A stretch of 63,994 nt of DNA, the filler included, from Aduncisulcus paluster (taxonomy: Eukaryota), in assembly GCA_024181965.1 (NCBI GenBank). It is 5 parts of 5 records of this genome, joined end to end, with 100 filler letters (N's around TTAATTAATTAA, not from the genome) between each part and the next. Parts side by side here need not be neighbours in the genome. Positions count along the whole stretch, not along the records: positions 1 to 15,026 come from BQXS01012488.1; 4 more parts are not named here. One strand, given 5' to 3'. This document shows positions 1-10,032 of the stretch, piece after piece. Numbering within the stretch: position 1 is the stretch's first letter; every line of letters starts with the position of its first letter. The notes under the pieces are model-generated. The model had not been told where the DNA came from and made no database searches. It was given only the letters and a program-made list of their open reading frames with translations. The position numbers and the translations under genes were made by a program.

Positions 1-471
1 GGCAATTTCTTCTTGCAGTTCTTCATCAAGGAACTTAATTAACGCTGGGATAGGAATACCTGAAAACATTGCTTTAGATACGCACAAGTCTCTTAGAAAC
101 CGTCTCTTCATTGGCAGTTCTTTTTGCTCCTTATCATCATCTAAACACACATTTGTTCCGTGGACTTGACTGAGAATATGAGAATAGAGTGATTTTTTCC
201 CAGTCAGATCAGCATCACATGTCAAACAACGAATTTTAATTGGGATTTCCTCACTTATTATCCTAAAATGCTTTTCAATTTCATTTTTCATGATTTCAAA
301 AATTTCTGATTTTTTTAGGGTATGGTCGATTTTTCTAATTTGTTTATATCTAACCCATATTATTTTTCCTTTATATTTCTCATCCAGAGATGGCTTTATA
401 ACATCAATAATTTCGGCTGTCATCAACACAGACTTGTCATTTTGTTTACTTATTTTTTTGATTTGAATCAT
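1..471 (-). CDS. Partial ORF running off the window start: zinc-finger protein resembling the N-terminus of hAT/CGGBP1-like transposases
   Basis: Not in the ORF track. Manual translation from ATG 471 is open to base 1: MIQIKKISKQ...MKNEIEKHFRIISEEIPIKIRCLTCDADLTGKKSLYSHILSQVHG...FLRDLCVSKAMFSGIPIPALIKFLDEELQEEIA. It has a CxxC-x12-H-x5-H finger followed by an F-x-x-DLC-...-IP motif typical of CGGBP1/hAT-like proteins. Confidence 0.55.
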   Translation of the reverse strand, partial: MIQIKKISKQNDKSVLMTAEIIDVIKPSLDEKYKGKIIWVRYKQIRKIDHTLKKSEIFEIMKNEIEKHFRIISEEIPIKIRCLTCDADLTGKKSLYSHILSQVHGTNVCLDDDKEQKELPMKRRFLRDLCVSKAMFSGIPIPALIKFLDEELQEEIA

Positions 472-544
472 GGTTATACTTTTGAAAATATTAAGATATA
501 ATTTTAAAATATTACTTAATATAAAGTATAGGTTAAATTATTTA

Positions 545-3259
545 TTAAAATTCTCTTTTTTGAAGATGTGATTTTTTTCCGGAATCTCTGGATGATTCAG
601 AATCTTCTATAATTATCTCTTCCATTCCTTTCCTCCATTCTTCTTGGTCGTATTCTTTATAGCAAGATGACCCCTGTTCAAACATTGCTTCAACACCTCC
701 ACCTGTTCGTTCAATCAGATCATATACAGATTGTCTCAAAGATCTTTCCTCATCAAATGACATTTGGACAAGCATGTGCAGAGGAGGAGTGTATTTGATG
801 AGAGAAGAGTGTGTGATGCTCTCGTGAGAACTCAATCCATCCACTTTAATAATATGATGGAAACGCATTTCTTTTCCACTGATAACGTCGTGATAGCAAA
901 AGGATCTGTTTTTGCTATATGGAACAGGATGCAATTTCATGACAGAATACACATGGGAAGCGTATGAATATCCATCTTTCTCAGGATACAATGAGGTCTC
1001 AATGGAAGGAAGTAATGAAACCATTGGAATCGAATCGAAAAAAGTTAAAGAGGAATAGGAAGATGCTACGAAGGGGGAAATGTTGGAAACATATTGGTCT
1101 ATCGATTCTGAAGGCCACTTTTCCTCACAGAATTGCATATTGTTGTCATATTTGGGGGATAGGTGAGGAATAATTGATGGAACAGTGGATAACATGGAAA
1201 TGAGTCTAAACCAGAATCTCATTCCCCATTCAATATTTTTCCTCTTCGCGACCTCAAACCAGCTATCAAGGAGATCCTTAACATTATCATAGATTTCGAG
1301 AGCATGAGATGGATCACAACACAAGTTGGAAAAGAAAAATATAACATTTTCATGGTCATTCTCCATTATATTATCACCGATGAACTCTTTCTTCACAAGA
1401 TCGAGAATAGGGTGGAAAAGAGGCCAAGCTTCAGAACACATGGAGATGTCAGGGGATTCATCATCGATTGAGAGTGTGACATTTGAAAGAATATATGCAT
1501 ATTCTCCGTGGCACAGACCATCTTTGTAAATTCGCAACCAATCTTTGACATAAGGTTTGATGAGCGTGAGAATAGAGGACCGAGTGGAAAAAGAGGAAAT
1601 AGAAATGATTCCAAGAGTTAATAATAAATATGTAACGATACTATCATCCAATTGCTTCTTACTTCCTCTTTCAAGAATTCGATGAAATGTGGAAAGGATC
1701 TTGGGAAGGAAGGAATCATATAACTCAACTTTATAAGTATACTCAAGACAAATGCTACAATATTCTTTATCAATATCTTCTCCCAATACTTCCTCAACTC
1801 TGGAGAGATGATCAATAAAAGTGTCAACAAGGTTTACAAGATCAGATATGGGAAGATGGACATGATTTCTAGAAAGAACAAAATGATTAATTAACAAATC
1901 CAAATATTGAACACAAAGAACAATCTCCCTCCGATGCGCTTCAACCTCACTCTTTGTTTGGGATGTAAGGAAGACAGAAAGAATATCTTCTCGATGTTTG
2001 TGATAGAGCTTTGAAGATGATTCTGAGTCAGAACATTGCGAAATGGATTCTACAAATCCAGTATGTTTCTTCAGAGAAGGATAGCAATTCCCAAGATATT
2101 TTGTATAATCTCGAATCAAACATTCATTCTTCTCACACCACTCGATATTGGTATCATATTTGGGAGATAGTTGAGGAACAAGATATGGGACAGTGGAGAG
2201 CATGGAAATGAGTTTGGACCAGGATATGACTCCCCAGATAATGGCATCCTCTCCTTCACTTTTCTTCCTCTTTACCATCTCAAACCAGCTATCAAGAAGA
2301 CCATCTTTAATGCAATCATGAACTTCAATGGCTTGGGAAGGAATACAACTCAAGTTACCAAAGAAACATAAACATGAACTGACACCTTCATCATCAAATG
2401 TAATACCTTTGGAAGCAGTGTCTTTGATAATATCCAAGACAGGGTGGAAGACAAACCAAAGTTGTGCAGAACGATCTTATCAGAGTCGATGTTATCCTTA
2501 TCAAGAGTGATATTCTTCAAGATATTCATCCACAAGAAAAAGAACTTCTTATCAGGATACTTCTCCATCCATGGCAAGATATGGGGGAGAAGAATGGATA
2601 AAAGAGAGTTCTTGGTGGGATCGTCTTTGGCAAATGCAATATTCCTACATGTCTGGAGGATATCCTCAACAAAAGAATCCTCAAGTTTCTCAGATAGGCC
2701 GAGAATAAACATCTTGGAGAGAAGAGTGGAGATTTTAGGACAAACTATTGTACAAAGGGGATCAACAATATCTGTCGAGATACTGAGAATGCTGAACAAT
2801 GTCTTTGTAATGGAATTCACTCTAGATTCAGCAATTTTAGCTCCCTTCTTCTTCTTCCATTTCTTTCAGTTCTTCTCGTTCAACTCTCAGAATAGCTTCA
2901 ACTCGGATCATTGAAGGCAAGAAAGAGTCAATCGTATCCTCGATGGAAGAACTATCCAGAATAACCTCAAAATCATCCTCATCTGGAGTTCCATCGTCTT
3001 TTGTAACTTTATGCTTCATGAACAAGGACAAACATTCGAAACAAAGGGCGAACAGATCTCGAGCGGATGTGACAGCAGATGAGGGTGAAGAAGTGAACTC
3101 ATCAAAGATAGTCTTGAGACGAGAATAGGATCCTTCATAAAGGGATTTAATGGCAGGTCGAGAGTCTGTTCTTTTGATTGAAACAACGAGCGCTTCAATT
3201 TCTTTTGTCAACTCCTCTGGATGATTTCTCATCGAGGAATATAGGGTTATTCGAGTCAA
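545..3259 (-). pseudogene. Helical (ARM/HEAT-like) repeat family member broken by two frameshifts; track ORFs 2837-3259, 2350-2820 and 545-2437 are one gene
   Basis: Collinear with the paralog at 60671-63994. The paralog reads DKDNTDPHKYRSSQLWFVFHPVLDVIKDTASKG; here one base is missing near 2475 (GAT AAG ATC GTT instead of AAG xAT CGT). A second shift lies near 2843 (GAA GGG AGC TAA versus GGA GCT AAA ATT). Either could be a sequencing error. Confidence 0.7.
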
Positions 3260-4044
3260 ATAATGAATATAAAATTATCTAAGTGGACTATAATCCAATA
3301 AAGTATGTCACGAGAGGTATTTAAGGAAGATAGATGAGATTTAGGGAAAACAATACGAATAAGCTATGAAAAACACATATACAACCAAAATAAATGGAAA
3401 ATTATTTCCTGAAATGGAATAACATACCTGAAAATGCAACGACTAATCCAAATATTTTCTCAATTGCGAGCAAAAATAATGAATTTTCAAGTTGGAGTTC
3501 CTGTCACGAGATGAGCTTTCGATTTTCTTAAAATCATTTGGCATGTCAATATATAGAACCATTTGATATAAAAAACCTGCATGTTGGTGAAATTTTCCTT
3601 GGGATCTATCACAACATCGAAAATTCTCCATTTGAATCCCCCACTGACATATCACTTTTAATTGAATGATGAAAATGCACTATATATCCACTTGAAGTTC
3701 ATTTTATTCCCTGTACTGCGAGAGATTTCCAACCTAGCTTCCTAATTGAATGGATGTTTCATGTCAAAGCCCTTGAACTTCTTTCTGAAGACCATCCCTT
3801 GGAGCACTATTCTATTCTTAATGCGAGATCTTATTTTTTTTGGTCTGTCGTAATTTTCGACTCGTAAAATTCACAGATACCGTAATGGTATTACCGTTTA
3901 ATACTATTAAAGTCTAAACTAGACCAATAATGAAAATGTGCTTGTGAAGGACGTGGGAGTTCGAAGAATACCCCTAAATATATTTCAAACTTTATATTCG
4001 AATCCTATCCTGTTCGCATTGGTCTCTCTGCTGGCTCTATATCA

Positions 4045-5042
4045 ATGGATGCCAATGATAGTTATGCCTTGATCCAAAAATGTCAAGAGTTGGCGAATGG
4101 GGATGTTGTTGAGTCTTGTGTTAATTTCATTCCAGCTTTTGATTGGGGAGTATTTATTCTTTCTCTCATTCTTTCTCTCTTCATCGTCTTCATCTGGATT
4201 TGGGGTGCTAAATACAATGAAACGTGGGAGAGGGAATATATTTTTGAACTTTCGAAGAATAGAACCCCTGATTTAGACTTTCATCTTTCTCCTGGATGGT
4301 ACAAAAAGTGGTTATATTTGCTTTGTTTTGGTGCCATTTATGCATTATCCGTTGGCTATTATATCAGTGTTGGCTTTAGCACTGACCTTGGTCTTTCTGA
4401 TGCCAATTGTGATGTTCTGATACTAGTACGCAATGTCTTCTTGTTCAAGCCTCGTCTATTTTGTATCTCTATCCTTTCTCTCTTTTTATCTGGTTGTGTT
4501 GTTTTCTTTTGAAGGATTTGGCACTTAGTGAAGTTTTCTATTATTTTTTCCCTGTTCCTCTTGGGGTTGTTGTGTTTTCCCCAGCAGATCAAGAAATCCG
4601 ACGCCAATGGTTTTTATTCTTTGTTTTTATCGCAAGATCGGCTATTTTGACGATTAATTGGTTGATTTGGTGGTGGTTGGGATTTACTAAACAGAGACAT
4701 ATTGAATCCAAGAGAAGATCAAATCAAAGTTTTTGTAAATATTTCTGGAAGACCTTATTGGAATACAATATCATTCCTAGTATTCTATGCTATAGTTTAT
4801 CAATGCCTACATGGCTTTTTATTGAGGATGATCAACCAATCAGTACATCGGACATTACTTTAGCTGTCGTATGTTTGAGTGGAGCAATATTTGAATTGAT
4901 TGCTCGAATTCAGTTCCAAATGATTTGGAGTCCAAATCTTCAACTTGAATATAATCTTAATTTTGGTTCTTTTGTTTTCATTTTACTCATTCCATTGATG
5001 TCCTCACAAATTGTGAGTCACAATATCATCAATCTCTCTTGA
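4045..5042 (+). CDS. Multi-pass (about 7 TM) membrane protein, two exons: 4045-4425 and 4515-5042
   Basis: An 89-nt intron 4426-4514 (GTACGC...TTGAAG) joins the two track ORFs in frame (NCDVLIL|DLALSEVF). Seven hydrophobic segments are visible. The C-terminal tail is uncertain. Confidence 0.7.
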
Positions 5043-5255
5043 AGTTTCGGTGACTTCCGGCTCACATAGATTGAGAGGGATTCGGATGATCCAACGAACA
5101 AGTAAATTTGGTGCTAGGGAACTTTATTCCGACAGTTGGCACCGCAGGTACCACAACAAATCCAGGTGAAAGAGAGAGAAAACAGGTCAGTTCAATCCTT
5201 AAAATCACGAATCTTGCAGTTTTATCGAAGATTAAAGACTATTTTTGTTTTAGAA

Positions 5256-5527
5256 TCTATTTTTAGAATTTCTATTTTTAGAATCATCATTTCAAAATAT
5301 CCGTTAAAGCATTTAATCTCATTCAAAAACACGATAAAAATCATTATAACACGATTTTTTAGAGTTTTCCTATTCATGCTTGCCATTTCCTGTATCGATG
5401 AAATGACAGAAGAAGAAAGTTTGATTGACCCGAAAACATTCATTAAAATACATTTTATAACGCTTTATTATCAAAAAAAGACAGAGTTAATTCTATTTGT
5501 TCTAAAAATAGATTTTCTAAAAATAGA
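5256..5527. promoter_or_regulatory. Two inverted copies of a 27-bp tandem TCTAAAAATAGA-N3-TCTAAAAATAGA motif (MEF2/MADS-type sites or element ends)
   Basis: 5256-5282 reads tctatttttagaatttctatttttaga and 5501-5527 reads tctaaaaatagattttctaaaaataga. A third copy is at 32252-32278. Confidence 0.5.
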
Positions 5528-5541
5528 AATTTTTGACAAAA

Positions 5542-8500
5542 TTAGACATTAGGTTGCCACATTCTGACACAATAAATCACAAGAAAGTCTGAAGAGGAGT
5601 CAACGGCTTCAAATTCAAACCTTACCTTTCTCTGACTTACAACTCTTCCTAATTCGCACTTATCAAGCCACCCATACTGATTATATTCGAAAGAACACAT
5701 TAATTCCGGGGACTCTGTATCCAAGGAGTATATGTTGACCCTTGATGGAATTGAAGAAGCCAAAGACATGGGAAGACTCAAAGCTGATGGATGTTCGACA
5801 CCAAAGGCCGCAATCTCCATCATTTCACTGAGATCATAATCAATCCACACACAATTTCCAGCCTTTTTGGAGACTTCACCAGCAAATACACTTCCAAGAA
5901 TGGGATTTTGACACACAGTATTTGACACATCCGCTGTTCTCATTGTTTTTTTAGGAATAAAAGCAGAAATGAAAGAATCACCATACCAAGGCTGAGAATG
6001 ATCACATATTTTAGCCAAAGAACTAACATCTTTTCCATTTGGAATGTCAGATGTCATTGACAGACGTTGACTATTCCTGAGAATGTCCAAATATAGATCT
6101 TGCTGAATCTGTTTCCGGTTCAAAACCTCAACCATATTACTAAGACCATCAAGAGATGAGGAGATACCTTTGATACGATGCTCAAGAGCAATTTCACCAG
6201 TGTCAACGGAAGCAAATAAGTCAGAATAAACGGTTGAAACATTTTCATCGAAAATCGGACTCAAAATATCAATCAAAACTCGGTTTTCAATGGCATTTTG
6301 AGATTNNNNNNNNNNNNNNNNNNNNATCACATATTTTAGCCAAAGAACTAACATCTTTTCCATTTGGAATGTCAGATGTCATTGACAGACGTTGACTATT
6401 CCTGAGAATGTCCAAATATAGATCTTGCTGAATCTGTTTCCGGTTCAAAACCTCAACCATATTACTAAGACCATCAAGAGATGAGGAGATACCTTTGATA
6501 CGATGCTCAAGAGCAATTTCACCAGTGTCAACGGAAGCAAATAAGTCAGAATAAACGGTTGAAACATTTTCATCGAAAATCGGACTCAAAATATCAATCA
6601 AAACTCGGTTTTCAATGGCATTTTGAGATTCATAGTGAGTTAATCTGAGTTCGTTATCAGAAGTAACTAAAAGAGTCTGCATTGAGTCAGCGATATCAGA
6701 TATATCAGAGATTATTCCACGGATCTTGGAAACTTGCTGTCTCTGACTTCTATTTTTAGACGAAATTATGGATCCAAGTCCAAAAATATCAAATGAGAAT
6801 GAAATAAATAGAATCAAAACAATAATTGACAGGATAGAGAAGCCCCAAATGATAATATTCTTGATGGAACAATACTCAACAATTGATTCAGCGAGGTGAG
6901 AAGCAGACATGGACAGAGAGAATCTTGTCGATTTGGTATCAGCATTAAATGCTTCCTCTTGGGAGGGTAATATATTTTTAGATTTTTGAGAAACACCTTC
7001 TTCTTCTTCTTCTTCTTCTTTCTGAGCCTCGGTTTCATCCTCAACAAAAGTATCAGATTTTTGTTTAGAAGAGAATATTTTCTTTAAAAATGTTCCAAAA
7101 TTAGAAAATACTCCAACTTTCTCACGAGACAATTTCGACTCTAGCATAAATACTTCTTCATCATCAATTTGAATAGGAACAGGTTCCATTTTTCCCTCAT
7201 CAACCTTCTCAAGATCTTTTTTTAGAACAACAGTGGGTGAAGCGGCATCGGAATGGACTGGAATCGGTGAGAGACAAGATAGAGGAGATTCGTCCATTGG
7301 AGGCATCGGTGTGGGCTGAATCTGAGGAGAGGTTGAAACAACATTTGGAGACGATGAATGTTCACTTTCAGAGCTTAGGGGAGGTGATAGATTGGGTTGT
7401 GGAACTCTTCGAAAAAANNNNNNNNNNNNNNNNNNNNCTAGCATAAATACTTCTTCATCATCAATTTGAATAGGAACAGGTTCCATTTTTCCCTCATCAA
7501 CCTTCTCAAGATCTTTTTTTAGAACAACAGTGGGTGAAGCGGCATCGGAATGGACTGGAATCGGTGAGAGACAAGATAGAGGAGATTCGTCCATTGGAGG
7601 CATCGGTGTGGGCTGAATCTGAGGAGAGGTTGAAACAACATTTGGAGACGATGAATGTTCACTTTCAGAGCTTAGGGGAGGTGATAGATTGGGTTGTGGA
7701 ACTCTTCGAAAAAAAGAAGCAACTTTGGACATCATTCCAGTTAAAATATTAGGTTTTTGGGAAGAAATATCGCCGGTTTCTGTCTTTAATTTTAATTCAT
7801 TTTTAATTCTTTCTTCTTCTTCTTCCTTCTTTTTCTTCTCTTCTTCTTTTTCCTTACGTTTTCTTTCTTTTTCCAACAATTTCTCTTCCTTCTTTCTTAA
7901 AATTTCTTCAGCTTTCCTTCTTTTCTCCTCTTCTTTTCTCTTCTTTTCCTCCTCTTTTCTTTCCCTCTCTTCCTCTTCCTTTCTCTTTTTTTCTTCCTCT
8001 TTCTTCTTCCTCTCTTCTTCCTTCTTCTTTTCTTTTCTCAACTTTTCTTCTTCTTTCTCTTTTCTTTTCCTTTCTTCCTCTTTTCTTTTTCTCTCCTCTT
8101 CCTCCTCTCTTCTTCTCTTCCTCTCCTCTTCCTCCTTTCTCTTCTTCCTCGCTTCCTCTTCTTTCTTCTCTTCCTCTTCCTTTCTTTCATCACCCTTAAG
8201 TTCGCTCCAACCTTCACTCTCGCCGTGAATAACATCACGACCAAGCTGAGAAACATCAAAGGAGTAGTCTGTTCCAAAACCTTCATATACGGATTCAATT
8301 CTTGTGGAATCATCTGTTATGCTCCGTGTAACATCGTTAAATGCCTTATCAGCAAGAAATGTCTCTGAAGACATGTCCTCAATTTCGGATCTCAGATCTG
8401 CATGTTCAAACACCTCAGATTCAGATTCTTGGGATAATTGTTTCACCCTAGAAACATCATCAAGGCTTGCACTATCATCTTCCTGCTCGTGAAGTCTTGG

Positions 8501-8747
8501 AGTTGAGTGAGCACGACTACTACTTTCAATTAATTGGTTAGTGACTTCACGAAGCTTAGATGCACCAGGCCTAGGAGTCTCAAATGTGCTTTTACGCTTC
8601 TTAGGGGTATCTCTCCTTAAAGGTGCCACAGACTTCCCTCTAACACACCAAAACATAATATTCAAAACAAAATAAGAAATTGACAATAAAATACCATTAC
8701 AATATGATATTATTATAAACATACCTCTTTCCATTATGATTATACAT
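5542..8747 (-). CDS. SUN (Sad1/UNC-84) domain inner nuclear membrane protein
   Basis: Basic/NLS-like N-terminus, EK-rich coiled coil, one TM (IIIWGFSILSIIVLILFISF), coiled coil, then SUN-like motifs GNCVW, GVEHP..SSIP..VNIYS, FEYN, VRFEF, VIYCVRMW. Likely exon 1 is 8747-8725 with intron 8640-8724 (GTATGT...GTTAG), giving MYNHNGKRGKSV. Duplications at gaps 6306-6325 and 7418-7437 are artefacts. Confidence 0.7.
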
Positions 8748-9060
8748 TATCTCTTTTCGTGGCTAATTGAAGAGCTCAACAATAAGGAGTTTAATTTTCC
8801 TTCTGTGGATCACTGCAATCAATCTCACATTGAGGTAATTATGATTTTAAAATCGATTGAAAATGCAATTCTATTTTTCAAATATTGCTATATCGTAATA
8901 GATAAGCCATTATTGCTATTTGGTTATGTGTCAATTAATATCCCAATAAAATAAATGATTGATTTATGTCGTTCAATTTATATTGAAAATATGCATAGTT
9001 ATTGTCTATTTAATCCGTTTCCTGGAGTTCAATCAAATTCCTATTTTCTTGGCACGATTC

Positions 9061-9891
9061 ATGGATCCAGAAGGTTATCCTGGAACATACGGAGCATTCT
9101 TAGGACCTGCTGAGAGTCTCACAAATCATCAGTCATATGTGTCAGATGGAATCTCTTTAAAAATACAAAAATCATATTCCCGTTCCTTTGCGGCTGTTCA
9201 TGCTTTAAGTTTGACCAGACAAGGAACTTCATATACATTAGCCACTCAATATCATCGTGGACCGGTAAGGGCCGCGGTGCAAGTCTCACCTCAAGTTGAT
9301 GATCCCATCCAGACTCGTGGTTCAATTGGTTTTGATTCTAAACATTTATCATGTGATATCGGCTTTGACACTTCCAAAGACCTTGCTATGTCACTTGATA
9401 GCCATTTTAAGCATGCTACTGGTGACATTGGGCTGACTACTGCTACTGGAGGAGTAATTATTGGATCTGGAGTCCAAAAAATCACCTCTAAAGTTGCTGC
9501 TGCTGGTCAAATAGCTTGGATTCCCCAGCAAAAGAAGGTTGAATATGTATTAAGCGGTCGTGTTGATCATAAAAGTGGAGCTCGTAGCACTCTTTCAGTT
9601 GCTCCTAAATCCTCGATTTCTATGTCACATTCTCGTAATCTTACTGATAAAATTCTTGTTAATGCCCAACTTGACATAAAATTACCAACATTAGAGTCCT
9701 CAGTATCCACTGGGTTCGAAGCCATCCTTCCCCGTGCCAGAATCAGAGGTTTCATCGATGATGGAGGCAGAATTGGATCAAGTATAACTCATGCTATCTC
9801 TCCTAACCTTCAATTGAGTCTCAATTGTGCTGGATTAGTATCTACAGGGCAGTTTATCAGTGGCGTCGAGGCCACTTTTGTCAAAGAGTAA
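9061..9891 (+). CDS. TOM40: Tom40-like beta-barrel (eukaryotic porin family), outer-membrane protein import channel
   Basis: N-terminal YPGTYGAF...DGISLKIQKSYSRSFAAVHALSL...YTLATQY matches the Tom40 pattern (PG.e...G+r..+.K.ls..F...H.+.l...Y.f.a.y). Alternating beta-strand pattern, C-terminal beta-signal-like ISGVEATF, about 276 aa from ATG 9061. Confidence 0.72.
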   Translation: MDPEGYPGTYGAFLGPAESLTNHQSYVSDGISLKIQKSYSRSFAAVHALSLTRQGTSYTLATQYHRGPVRAAVQVSPQVDDPIQTRGSIGFDSKHLSCDIGFDTSKDLAMSLDSHFKHATGDIGLTTATGGVIIGSGVQKITSKVAAAGQIAWIPQQKKVEYVLSGRVDHKSGARSTLSVAPKSSISMSHSRNLTDKILVNAQLDIKLPTLESSVSTGFEAILPRARIRGFIDDGGRIGSSITHAISPNLQLSLNCAGLVSTGQFISGVEATFVKE

Positions 9892-10032
9892 ATTATATTC
9901 GAAATCTTTAATTTAAACCATATTTATTTATCAAAATACCCTAAGTGTTTCGTCTTTATGCCAAGATAAGATGGGAATTATTACAGAACAATCAAGATAT
10001 GAATGCCCTATTTTGTCTCAAAATATATACTC

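Noticed and set aside
3945..4010. GTTCGAA/TTCGAATCC T-loop-like motifs
   Set aside because: No T-stem, anticodon arm or acceptor stem can be formed, so this is not a tRNA.
6000..6630. Apparent ~230-310 bp tandem duplications inside SUN, actin A, BCAT and the repeat gene (around gaps 6306, 7418, 38442, 39260, 41527, 62597)
   Set aside because: Each pair is near-identical and abuts a 20-N gap, which is the signature of unmerged contig overlaps rather than biology.
7689..8228. Phe/Ser/Leu-rich hydrophobic ORFs (also 31107-31600 and 21076-21543)
   Set aside because: Antisense shadows of GAA/AAG-rich coiled-coil coding sequence.
9887..9893. Giardia-like AGTAAA poly(A) signal overlapping the TOM40 stop; TGTAAA at both actin stops
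   Set aside because: Not shared by most other genes here and expected by chance with TAA stops in AT-rich DNA.
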